From the NCBI GenBank assembly GCA_950097015.1, contig CATNEN010000007.1, positions 62,001-126,000 of the forward strand: DNA of 64,000 nt, read 5' to 3'. The notes beneath the pieces were generated by a model that did no database searches, had not been told where the DNA came from, and saw only the letters and a list, made by a program, of their open reading frames with translations. Shown piece after piece: positions 49,539-61,700 of the stretch. The translations under genes were made by a program, and so were the position numbers. Origin of the DNA: Macrostomum hystrix (taxonomy: Eukaryota; Animalia; Platyhelminthes). Position 1 is the stretch's first letter. The number at the start of each line of letters is the position of its first letter.

Positions 49539-52500
49539 TTATTCTCCCATTGACGAAGCATCCAAGCCAGGAAATGGTATCGGCCCGCTTCGCCCGTCAG
49601 CTGAATAAGGTCTAGAATAGTCCGACACGTCCAGTCCGGGACTTCTCCGGCTGCTTCCGCTGCCCGCATTGTCGCAGCCGTTGCGCTGGCGGCCGAATTT
49701 CCAGCTCCAGCAAGCCTCATCTAGTAGCAGAAGCAGCAATCGACCCAGAGACACTAATAGACAGAACAGCGCCACGGATCTGTAGCCGAATAGGAAACGG
49801 TAGACTAGATAAATAGCCATCATGGCGAGCAGTGACGGATAGCCGGCCAGCCAGCGAAGGCAAATTCTAGTCCGGGGTCTGTCTGGTCCGCTGCCGTCTG
49901 GCCTGGCTGACTTGGACAGCATCGGCGCCGAGCGGTTGCCAAGGCGAGCTCGGAGTCGATCGCGCTCGCTAGACGGTCCAGTGAGCAGTAGGCGAGCTAA
50001 TCTAAACCGGTTGGACAGAGATTCCAGACGGTCGGGCCCGGCTAGGTGGGTTAGCCAATCAGAGAGCTCGTTGGTCAGGACTACTAAAGTGCCGCATTCC
50101 CAGGAGCGGATTGGCTGCCTTCAAAACGGTGGGTGAGAATCAGAGATTTCTTTGATAGCAAAACACCGATAATTTAGAATTAATGAACACCAACCTTGGA
50201 TGTCAAGAAATCCATCTCGATTCCTAGAATCCTGCATTATATTCCTAGAATCCTGCATTAGACTCCTAGAATCCTACATTGAATTCCTAGAATCCCACAT
50301 TGGATTCATAGAATCATACATTGAATTCCTAGAATCCCACATTGGATTCATAGAATCATACATTGGATTCCTAGAATCCTACATTGAATTCCTAGAATCC
50401 CACATTGGATTCATAGAATCATACATTGGATTCCTAGAATCCTACATTGAATTCCTAGAAACCAATACTCGATTTCTAGAAACCAATACTCGATTTCTAG
50501 AAACTGATACTCGATTCCTAGAAACCAATAATCGATTCCTAGAAACCAATAATCGATTACTAGAAATATAAATTTTCCATTCCTAAATTCGAACATTTCA
50601 TTCCTAGAAAGCAGCATTCGCTTCCTAGAAGCAAAAAATTGATTCGTAGAAATTCTTCGGTTCTGCTAATGCCAAAGTGGATTCTTAGAAACCCATATTC
50701 TTTTTCCAGGAAAGCCAGTTAGGCCATCGACAAGCCATCGATGCCTACCTATCCCAGTCGCCGGAGTAGGGCAGGTAGGCGAACCGGCGGTAGTTATTAG
50801 CCAGCTGATAGCGACCCAGCGGTGTCAGGGTGCCATCGGGGGCAACATCTGGGGCAGACACTGTAGAGTGCTGACCCATGGGCTGATGCTGCTGCAGACT
50901 AGGAGACTTCAACGATGCGGAAGAATCGTTCCAGGCGATGTTGGCTTCAACATCGGCATCGGCTTCGACTAAAGCGTCGTCGCCTAGATCGCAGACTTCA
51001 ACCAATAGGCGAGCCGAGTCAGCTAGGAAATCAACAACCCGACTAGTAACATCGTTGTTGTTATCCTCGTTGCTATAGCGACATTTTTCATCGTCCACAA
51101 CGCCTAGATGCTGCTGACGAGACTCTCCACGTCCCAGTAGGCGACGCTTAGCGTCAAGGCAGGAGCGCAGTAGCTCGGCGCCGAGGCGGCCGACATCCAC
51201 CTGACGCTGCCACCACAGACTGGCAGCCGGAGCGGAAGTTGGAGCAGTCGCCGCAGTTGCTGCAGCTGCAGTCACAGAGGCACCGGAGAATGCGTCAGCT
51301 AGCAGAGGCTTGGCCCGACTGTAGACAGACAGGCAGCGGTGCAGCATGTGAGCAAAGCGGGCCACACGCAGGTCAGCCCTGGCCAAGCGCTGCAGCAGGC
51401 TCAGCCAAAGATCTATGTAAAAATAGGCGTTGGATTCAACGAAGCCGCACCAGATGGCGCCGCTGGGCAACGGATCCACGGCTGCGGCTGCTGAAGAGGC
51501 CTGGTGCATCGGCGAGTCCAGATAGCGCCAGGGCTGGTGAGAGCGGAGCAGTGTTTGAGTCGGTTGGGGGAAAACGGCAGCTGATGTTTAAAAATGATCG
51601 ACTAAGTCTACATTAAATTAGCTCACCTGTAGATAGGACAGCCAGGCCTCAAGCACGAATCTGAAGCTAGTATCGTAGGGCCACTGTTGAAAGGTGAAGT
51701 CAAAGAATGCGGCCATTCTAGGCAGCAGTTGGCGCGGCAGCCGGTCGCTCCTGTATCGATTGATGGCCAGGAGGAGCTGGTGAGTCCGAGGACTCGTGTC
51801 CGGCCTAGGCAAGCCTTTCAGATGGGCAGCGTAGGAGAAATGGTGCAGAAATTTGATGGCCATGCGAACTAGGCAAACGTGATCCGGCGTCGGCTGCAGC
51901 TCCTCCTGAGAATGGTGGGCATCGAACTCGGGACCTTTAGTGATTGACTTTATAGGGTGAGTGGCCGAAAGTAACGAAAAATAGTAAATTAACGAGTAAA
52001 AGTAACGAATAGCGCAGATTCTAACATGCAAACGCAGACTCACCAGCAGATCCCTAGCCAGGCCGGAGCTCGCAGTCAGGCAGGCCGAATGGCGGCAGTC
52101 CAGGCAGCACCAGTTGAACCAGAATTCAAGCACAGACTGAATGAAAACAATCCACCGGATAGGGCGGCTCGGCTGAATTCGATCGCGACGATCGGCCAAT
52201 TAGCGAGGAGGCAGAGTAGCCGTAGCCGTAGCCGTATCCGTACCCGTCCGAATCAACATTCGACGCAGAAGCAGCCGATTCTCGATCGAATAATTGCACG
52301 GAATCGGGGCTTAGCAACAGAAAGTGCTCCATATAGAGCATGAGCAGTCGGCAGTATAGATAATCAACGGAGCCTCGCCAGTCGGGCGCACGGCAGCCCA
52401 GGTGAGCCGGATGGCCAATCAGATTGAACAGCAACAGTTCCAGAGCATTTATGCGCAGAGCGGGCGCACCGGAGCTAGCCGGCTGTTGAATAAATCTCTG

Positions 52501-53849
52501 GCGAAAGAATTGCACACTATCCAGGAGGGTATTGGGCGCAGCGTCAGCCTGGACCAGGGCGCACTGGGTTCGGTGGGACAGCCGGCTGACTGGGAAGTCG
52601 TAGCGGCAGGCCTGATCCGGCAGCAGGCGGCGCAATAGGCACTGGCACAGCGGCCCAGTTGGAGCCAGGAAATTCACTATGTGGCAATACTCGCTACTAG
52701 AAGCGGAAGCATAATAGCTTGAGGAGGAAGAGTCCAGGGTAGAGCGATTGAGTAGGCGCCAATTTGAGTCGCCATCATAGCCGAAGATGTTATCTAGCAG
52801 AGTTGGCAGAGCTGCATGCACCTCCTACAGTGAGGAAGCATTTCACAAGACTTAGGTTGGATTTGCCTAGGCAGCTGAAGCTGATTTATGTCACTGATAA
52901 TTTAAAAACTAATTAACTCACAAACACTGGAGCAGTCTCAAGGAAATGCGTCAACCTATCGATCTTCACAGAGACCGACAGTTTAGGATTAGCAAACAAT
53001 GTGGAGTAATCCTGAAAAGTATTTTTTTAGAATTTTTAATTGAAGCTGGGTGAGTTTTAGTGTCTAAAGACTCTAAGCACTGCCATAGCCTCCTAATACT
53101 ATTTCCCTTTATCAGAAGAATATATAAGTTATATTTGTATAAATTACTTTCTACTTCTATGACAGTTAACTTTACATTTAACTAGCTAACTGGCAGCTAG
53201 CTAAACTATAGGTACTAATATTGATATATGTACTTTCATGTACTTGGCATATTTAGATAAAAACGGATTGTAAAACTACTTACAGGTATAGCAACAGGTC
53301 CATTTAAACTGTTTCACTTACTACTTTACTTAATAATAAAATATTTTGGCCTCTCATTTTAGCATCTGAATCAATTACTGATTCCTTATTGATATGCCAT
53401 AGGAACTTTGTCTTCAGACCTCAGTGACAAACATTTTTATTTCCCTCATCTTAGTGTAGATTTTGTGTAATTTATCAGGTTACTTATAAAGAGAAACCAT
53501 TTTTGTGGTCTACTCAACTTTCTTGTTTGTTTATTAACATTAGCTTGAAATTGTAATTTAATATAAAATGTATAAACAGTATACAGCCTAATTTAATATT
53601 TCTTTAACATAATTTTATAGTTAGCTAAGCCAAGCTATGTTCTATGACTAGTCATGACTTGACTAATGACTAATTAGGCCCTAGCGAAATAATAATAACA
53701 CACTGTGGCGGCCAGACCAGCACGCTGCCGGCACGGGCAGTGCACCTGCACTCAATCGGCCTGACTCACCCTGCCCAGGGGGTGGGTACACCCAGACGGC
53801 CAGCGCACTAAGCCGCAGGGTCTGGCACGGACTATACGCACCTCCCCAT
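49539..53849 (-). CDS. SMPD4: Sphingomyelin phosphodiesterase 4 (neutral sphingomyelinase-3). Exons 53849-53842 and 53308-53284 (both inferred), 53011-52922, 52824-52044 (one extra base at 52144-52147), 51947-51627, 51533-50749, 50118-49539; ~860 aa
   Basis: Motifs EVHAALPTLLDNIFG, FLAPTGP, YDFPVSRL, LQPTPDHVCLVR, QWPYDTSFRFVLEAWLSYLQ|PWRY, LTPLGRYQL, QPIRSWE, RICLRWLAGY and two C-terminal TM segments match SMPD4 as recalled. The first two micro-exons rest on phase fit only. Confidence 0.9.
50200..50575. repeat. 21-bp minisatellite (CCTAGAATCCTACATTGAATT) in the last SMPD4 intron
   Basis: Direct tandem periodicity. Confidence 0.9.
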
Positions 53850-55481
53850 GCCTCTCTGTCGCGCAGTATTTATATGCGATTGTGGAAAATAAAAGTTGAC
53901 CTTCTCTCGCGCCATTTCATTTTGCGAGTCGCTAAAACACCATTTTAGCAAGTCTATCTGAACTGAATATTATTCGAGAAATAGTACCTGTTTTATTCTG
54001 CCTGTAACTAAATTAATATTAGGCCTAGTTAACTTGTATTAAAATAGTACTATACAATTGACACATAATAATAATAATATAACATAAATATAGCAAGTTC
54101 TGACATACAAATTAGCTTTTAATATAATAATCAATAGCCATTGTGGTGTGGAGGCTGGAGGCATCTGGAGCTACTGGCACTGCTCATTAGAAAGTGATGT
54201 TTTGGAAATTAATCGTTTTAAATGTATTGTTTTTGTCTCATAATTATAAGTATATAAGTAGGCCTAGAGATGTGCTCAAACTAAAAAGTGCTTATGGGTG
54301 AGAGGGTTGCAACCTTAAACCTGTAACACAAATAATGTAGGCCTAGCACAAGTGTAATTCGTAATTTAAGTTAACGAATTGACACATTAGTAGTAAAGGC
54401 AACTAACATTTTTTATGCAAAGTACGAGCAACAAAACAGTTTTTGTACATAAGGTACGGGCACTCGTGTCGGGCCCAAATTTCACGCCGTCACCTTACGC
54501 AACATTAACTTGTAACACGATGAACAAGCAATTTATACATGAAAATTGTAAACAAATTTGAATTCGTGCGTCAACAAGAAATATTATGCGGTCGTACTAG
54601 CTTTCGTATTTTTGTTCTTAGCTCCTATCTCAGCAGTGTCAATTTAAGTCTCTGAATTTAAACTTACTTAAAGATACCCAAGCTTTATAGTTTGGCACCG
54701 AGATTTCCTACATCTTACCTTTGAGAAAATGCACGATATGACTGACTATACTCATAATTTTACTGGAACATACAAATAAAGCCAGTTTTTGTGCGCTAGC
54801 AATGGTTTTAAGCCTTCCTTATGAATCTATCTACAACTGCATCTGTATCTTGAGCTTTGGTTTCGAAATGGAAATTATATTTTAGGATTCTCTATGAAAA
54901 ATATTCGAAAAAGAAGTTATTTACTGATTTGCGCTATTTAATACATGTGTTTACATAAAAAAGGCGCGAGGCTAGTTACATAACGCAACATGTTATGTTA
55001 CTATACCGCCATCATTCGGATGAAAGTAAGTAAACCCAAACAAGTTTCTGCTTCAACACTAAGTCAAACTTTTAATTAAAACTCCCGCAGTCTTAAGTAA
55101 ACCTGGATGATTTCGGTGATCCGGTATATACAGGTTAGTTTTATTAAACAACAGAATGTTATGTTAACAGTGCATACTTATGATACTGATAATGATACAT
55201 GCAAGATTGCCACATGTATAACATAACCCAATACTGCCACTGCAGATAAACTTTAAACTGTAGATTTTAAGTCTGTAGAAAATATGGTCTGTAGAAAAAA
55301 ACCTGTAGCAAAGCTACATGTAAATGTCTACCATTCAAATTAAAAACGCTTTATTTTAAATTTTGTCTATGGGTAGATTTGCACTGCACCATTTTTTGCA
55401 GCAAACCAAGAAGCAACATTACGTGATTTGAAAGTACATGTCTGGAATAAAGCAAAGCAAAGAGAAAAAAGCAAATTAAAA

Positions 55482-56039
55482 ATGCATCAGCATATTCGAC
55501 AACCCCACAATACACAAGTTGGCTGCAGTGAGAATCAACGCCAACAGGCAGCACAGGTAGCAACAGCCGTGGTTCTGCAGCCAGCCGTCAGCTCTGACCA
55601 GCAAAGCTTACCAGCCATCGTTGGCTGGCCTGTCAGCTTGTCTGTCAGCTACTGCACTGCCTTCGTACTGTACTCTCTAGCCTGTCTAAGCCTCCTGCTG
55701 CTGCTGATGTTGCCGGCCACCAGTACCCTGACAACACATCCACAGGGCAGGAATCTACTGCTAGCAGCCATGGTACTGATAGGCATGGTTTTCATATTTT
55801 GCATCTCCTGTCACTACTGCTCCGGCCTCTGCTGTCAGCAGAACTTGGCAAGGCAGTTTGCGCCTCTGCAGCCTGCTTCTGCAGTTGCTGACGACTGTCC
55901 GATGTCAACAACTATAGCCGCTAGGAGCAGTTGCTACTCGGAGTCCGCCGAAGCGATGGACAGGCTGGCCTATTATCGGATAGGACTGACAGAGGAAACG
56001 AATCAGTATAGAGAAGATTTTGTTACAGTACAGCGTTAG
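55482..56039 (+). CDS. Hypothetical single-exon 185-aa protein with two predicted TM helices and a juxtamembrane Cys cluster
   Basis: Non-repetitive ORF with hydrophobic segments YCTAFVLYSLACLSLLLLLML and LLLAAMVLIGMVFIFCI, followed by SCHYCSGLCC. The start codon may instead be upstream at 55428. Confidence 0.6.
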   Translation: MHQHIRQPHNTQVGCSENQRQQAAQVATAVVLQPAVSSDQQSLPAIVGWPVSLSVSYCTAFVLYSLACLSLLLLLMLPATSTLTTHPQGRNLLLAAMVLIGMVFIFCISCHYCSGLCCQQNLARQFAPLQPASAVADDCPMSTTIAARSSCYSESAEAMDRLAYYRIGLTEETNQYREDFVTVQR

Positions 56040-56124
56040 AAAATACCGTAAATTTTGCTCTAAGTTTTGCTATTTTGCTTCATATCAATGCCCATAACAA
56101 TGACAGGTACGTATGTCTCTAGTT

Positions 56125-56306
56125 GGAAATTATCCCACTTTCATATCGTCAAGCGGTTCCTGCCCACACCCACCCTCAATTACCCCAGTTAATTCTGGTG
56201 CCCATTTAACAGCCGGGTGAACTGAAGCAACGCAGAGTTTCGTGACTTGCTCGAGTCAGGAATCGAACCCCTGACCTTCAAGTTGTAACTAACCTCTGGG
56301 CTACCA
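56125..56306 (-). mobile_element. tRNA-derived SINE (family C) with a CORE/V/Meta-like central domain
   Basis: Minus strand GGTCAGGGGTTCGATTCCTGACTC-GAGCAAGTCACGAAACTCTGCG...CACCCGGCTGTTAAATGGGCACC. Box B is clear; the body resembles conserved SINE central domains as recalled. Confidence 0.7.
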
Positions 56307-56865
56307 ATCCTTCATAATAAAAATATTCTATTGCTTCGTTTTATTAACAGCGCAAAAAAGGAAAATTGTAAAAACATCAATCCAATTCACAGTCAAATAG
56401 ATCAGATAGATTTAAATCAAATAGTGCACTTCAGTGAATATATATATATTGTGTGATTGTTGTTTTGCATTGCAAAAGAAAGAGGCAATTTTTTTAAACA
56501 AACAAATGAAATCAACTCGACGAAAGATGTGTTTGTTTTGATTTGAAAATAATCAAAAAGGGGATTAGGCAGCAGGTGGAGATTGATGGTGCTCATTGTG
56601 CCAGTGCAGTCACATTGTACAGTGCCGGAACAATAGTGCAACTAATGAAAACTAATCTCCAAAACCTTCTGCACTGATCCCCTTTTTAATGAGACGCCTA
56701 AAAAAGGCAAATTTTCTAAGACAAGAAAAACCAACAATCAGATAAAGAAAAAGTAACTCCTATTACCATAGACTTTTTATGGAGCAGTACCACTTGCGAA
56801 ATTGATTTGAAACTGGAATTGGGGCCAATCTTACGATCACAATGTCCCAATGCCTCATCAGCTCT

Positions 56866-57935
56866 TGCTGCGATTCTGACTAAGGCTCTTGCTGCGATTC
56901 TGACTAAGGCTCCTTGCTGCGATTCTGACTAAGGCTCTTGCTGCGATTCTGACTAAGGCTCCTTGCTGCGATTCTGACTAGGGCTCTTGCTGCGATTCTG
57001 ACTAAGGCTCTTGCTGCGATTCTGACTAGGGCTCTTGCTGCGATTCTGACTAAGGCTCTTGCTGCGATTCTGACTAAGGCTCTTGCTGCGATTCCGACTA
57101 AGGCTCTTGCTGCGATTCTGACTAGGGCTCTTGCTGCGATTCTGACTAAGGCTCTTGCTGCGATTCTGACTAGGGCTCTTGCTGCGATTCTGATTAAGGC
57201 TCTTGCTGCGATTCCGACTAAGGCTCTTGCTGCGATTCTGACTAGGGCTCTTGCTGCGATTCTGACTAAGGCTCCTTGCTGCGATTCTGACTAGGGCTCT
57301 TGCTGCGATTCTGACTAAGGCTCTTGCTGCGATTCTGACTAAGGCTCTTGCTGCGATTCTGACTAGGGCTCTTGCTGCGATTCTGATTAAGGCTCTTGCT
57401 GCGATTCCGACTAAGGCTCTTGCTGCGATTCTGACTAGGGCTCTTGCTGCGATTCTGACTAAGGCTCTTGCTGCGATTCTGACTAGGGCTCTTGCTGCGA
57501 TTCTGATTAAGGCTCTTGCTGCGATTCCGACTAAGGCTCTTGCTGCGATTCTGACTAGGGCTCTTGCTGCGATTCTGACTAAGGCTCTTGCTGCGATTCT
57601 GACTAGGGCTCTTGCTGCGATTCTGACTAGGGCTCTTGCTGCGATTCTGACTAAGGCTCTTGCTGCGATTCCGACTAAGGCTCTTGCTGCGATTCTGACT
57701 AGGGCTCTTGCTGCGATTCTGACTAAGGCTCTTGCTGCGATTCTGACTAGGGCTCTTGCTGCGATTCTGACTAAGGCTCTTGCTGCGATTCTGACTAGGG
57801 CTCTTGCTGCGATTCTGACTAAGGCTCTTGCTGCGATTCCGACTAAGGCTCTTGCTGCGATTCTGACTAGGGCTCTTGCTGCGATTCTGACTAAGGCTCT
57901 TGCTGTGATTCTGACTAAGGCTCCCGCTGCGATTC
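56866..57935. repeat. 24-bp minisatellite (GCTCTTGCTGCGATTCTGACTAAG) with 120-bp higher-order units
   Basis: Direct tandem periodicity. Confidence 0.95.
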
Positions 57936-58592
57936 TTGGTGGTATTGAACTGTCAGATTCTTAATAATAGCAGTATAAAACAGCAATATTTATTTATAAG
58001 ATATGCGATAAAAACATCCAAAACCCGATAGAAAAGTAATAATAGAATAACAGTAAAACACGCCAAACAGTGTAAACCAGGTGCGGCATTGCAAATGAAT
58101 CGATTGTGAATTTTAATCGAGATGAAAACGTTGTGGCTTAATAGTTAATTGTTAAGTAATTTTTGGAATGTCAGCCTGTTAGTTTGAATAAATAAAAGGA
58201 GGAGAAGTTAATTATCCAATGAAATACTCATAGTAATATAAGAGCTCATCTATGTAAAAAAGCAATATTTACTGAAAACGCATTTAGTTTAGGCATAATA
58301 GACAAAATTATAAAACAGAAGAATTCACTTAAAAACGAATGCTACAGTTAATTGATATGCCGTCTGACGCTAAAACCGACACAGAAAGAGTATTTGCTTA
58401 ACAAAACAATTTAATACAGAAACTGAAGCAAAGAGTGGCTGAAATACTAAAAATACTAAAATTTCGCAAATGTTTTATAGTATTGCACAAACACAAGGTA
58501 ACCAAGTAAATAAAATCTGATTGTCTCATAGATTCGCATCAAAAGAGGTTTCTAGTGATTTTAGCGCATAATATACGAATAATTGAACAATC

Positions 58593-58677
58593 TCAACAGT
58601 TTGAGTCTGTTCCGTAGACACGATTGACAAGGAAATACCGTCGCTCGGTTAGCAAGCTGGGGCTACTTGATGCCACA

Positions 58678-58708
<31 letters not shown>

Positions 58709-58725
58709 GATCATTCTCCTGCTCT

Positions 58726-58788
<63 letters not shown>

Positions 58789-61700
58789 TGATAATTCTCC
58801 TGCTCTTGTCGCTGCTGCTGCTGCTGCTGCTGTTGCAGTGCTGGTGGCAGACTGTAACAACTATGTACCAGCGGTCGTTCCAGTAGCACCAGCGATGTCG
58901 CAGCGATCTGACTGTCCGGCTCGGTTTCATCATCAACATCGTAGGCGAAGTCAGCGTCTCCGTCGAGCGTGTCGTCCGCGTCGCCAGTTGACGAGGACAT
59001 GAACCAGCGCGTCCGCATGGCCAGCTGCTGCAGCTGGCGCCGTTTCACCGAGTTGAAGCGGCCGGAAGGCGTTCGTTGGTGCCAGGCAGATTGGGGATAA
59101 GAGGCATCGAAATCTACGTATAGCTGCTGCTGTTGCTGCTGCTGTTGCTGATCTTGATGTTGGCCTTCGCTTGCCTTGAGAATGAGGAAAGGTTAATAAG
59201 GTTTCTCAATTAGAAGAGGTAGCTCGCGGAGTGAAGTAGATGGCGGAGTGAGGTGGTTGGCGGAGTGAGGTGGTTGGCGGAGTGAGGTTGCTGGCGGAGT
59301 GAGGTTACTGGCAGAGTGAGGTTGATGGCGGAGTGAGGTGGTTGGCGGAGTGAGGTTACTGGCGGAGTGAGGTTACTGGCGGAGTGAGGTGGCTTGCGGA
59401 GTAAAGTTATTTGCAGAGTTACGTGGCTAGCTTTCTTTAATTTGTGTGCTTTTTATTCCGAATCCTTATCATTCTCCTTATCATTTTCTTATTTAGATTA
59501 ATAGACAATGAAAGCTGGCCATGGTGGCTAAATCAAAGTTTTCATTCATGTTAAGATTAAAAATACCAATTGTTAGAACAAGTGAAGATAACTATTTTTG
59601 TGGCAATGTGTTAGTCGAAAAGCGAAGATAAGTATTTGAAATTTAATATTGATTAGTTTAAGTACTGAAATTTGTCAATAAAAATGGTAATTTTGTTAAT
59701 ACTCGTAAAATACAACAAATCGGCAGGTCAGTAAAAGTTTTCGATGCTATTAAAAATCAAGTTGAAGTTTGGATTTCCTGATTCGAGAATGAGAAAAGTA
59801 AGTTAATAAGTTTTAAATTAAATAGATAGCTCGCGGAGTAAGGTGGCCGGCGAGTGAGGTGGCTGGTGGAGTGAGGTTGCTGGCGAAATGAAGTGGTAGG
59901 CGGGGTGAAGTGGATAGCGGAGTGAAGTGGCCGGCGAGTGAGGTGGCTGGCGAAATGAAGTGGTAGGCGGGGTGAAGTGGCTAGCGGAGTGAAGTGGCCG
60001 GCGAGTGAGGTGGCTGGTGGAGTGAGGTGGCTGGCGAAATGAAGTGGTAGGCGGGGTGAAGTGGATAGCGGAGTGAAGTGGCCGGCGAGTGAGGTGGCTG
60101 GCGAAATGAAGTGGTAGGCGGGGTGAAGTGGCTAGCGGAGTGAAGTGGCCGGCGAGTGAGGTGGCTGGTGGGGTGAGGTGGCTGGTGGAGTGAAGTGGCT
60201 GGTGGAGTGAATTGGCTGGCGGAGTGAATTTGCTGGCGAAGTGAATTTGCTGGCGGAGTGACCTGGTTCGAGGCAGTTAATCGATGCAATTTTAATCGAA
60301 AGTAAAAAATCTTGACAAAATATAATGTATCTAGGCTGTTAAAATGATTGTTAAATAGTTTCTTTAGTTATTAAAGTGCAAGAATTTTTAGCACTGCCAA
60401 TCTTGATGTGACAACATCAAGTAAAGCGGGTTCGGGCTCCTTTGCCTCTTGGTATAAGCGAGAGTAACAAACCGAGTAGCAGCAGCGGGGCTGATGCTGC
60501 CGCTGAGTGTGCCCTCCGTCTGCGCCATCATCACCATCATCTTTATCTGCCGCAACTGGCGGCACTGACAAGCACTGAAGTAAGTTAGAGTGTGTCAAGT
60601 ACGAGTAATTAACCGATATGCATTGAAAAAGGTGGCAGCCATCGATCGCTGTAAATACGAATTGCATGCAAGACTACTGGATTTCCTGCATGCAGATTTG
60701 CACTCTAAAACAACTGCTAACTAAAACTAGAAGTTAACGAGTGAATTTAAGTGAATAGCGGATTCACTTCACCTAGGTAGATAGGGTGCGTAGTGAGGTA
60801 GACTTTGCAGTGGTGTGGATTACGGAGTGAGGTGGGCTGCGGTATGAGGTGGGCAGCGGAGTGAGGTGGGCTGCGGTGCGAATAGGGTTGCGGTGTGAGG
60901 TGTGCTGCGTAGTGAGGTGGGCAGCGGAGTGAGGTGGGCAGCGGAGTGAGGTGGGCAGCGGAGTGAGGTGGGCAGCGGAGTGAGGTGGGCAGCGGAGTGA
61001 GGTGGGCAGCGGAGTGAGGTGGGCAGCGGAGTGAGGTGGGCAGCGGAGTGAGGTGGGCAGCGGAGTGAGGTGGGCAGCGGAGTGAGGTGGGCAGCGGAGT
61101 GAGGTGGGCAGCAGAGTGAGGTAGGCAGCGGAGTGAGGGTGAAGTTTCAGGCTCCAGATAAAATAATATGAAGTTAACTTTTCCAACTATTCCTAGAAAC
61201 AATATTGTAACACATGGCACGCAAGCTGATGAAAATAAAAACGAATGAATCGTATAATTGCCACCTAAACAAGGGAAAAATTAAAAAAACACATTAAACA
61301 ATACTGTTCAAAGTAAAAAAAATTCCTCACTCGTCTAAGCCCAACCGGCGGTAGGGTGGAAATCGAAGGGGGCGATGGAGCCAACGCGAGCTGCCGCTCC
61401 AGCTGGTCCTGCTCTTGCTGCTTCTGGGGCAGCGGAGACTGCGGCGGTCGCGGCCGTTGAAATCCGGTAATGTCCGACTGCATGCTGTAGACAGACAAGG
61501 AGTCAATGCCGCGCCCGACTCTGCCAGCGCCGCCGCCGCCAGTGCCGCTGAACGTATTATTGGCGTTAGCTGCTTGTTCGCTGTTTAACAAAGGTGCCCC
61601 AGGCTGCAGCGAGGCGTACTCGGTGATAAGGGTTGGCGTCACGTCTGGGATGTTTGAGACGGGTCATCAGTTAGTGCACACAAAGAAGTATTGCGCTTTT

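Noticed and set aside
53711-53826. HDV-like ribozyme fold in the GC island
   Set aside because: Partial P2/P3 matches exist on both strands, but P1, the L3 consensus and the J4/2 residues do not fit together.
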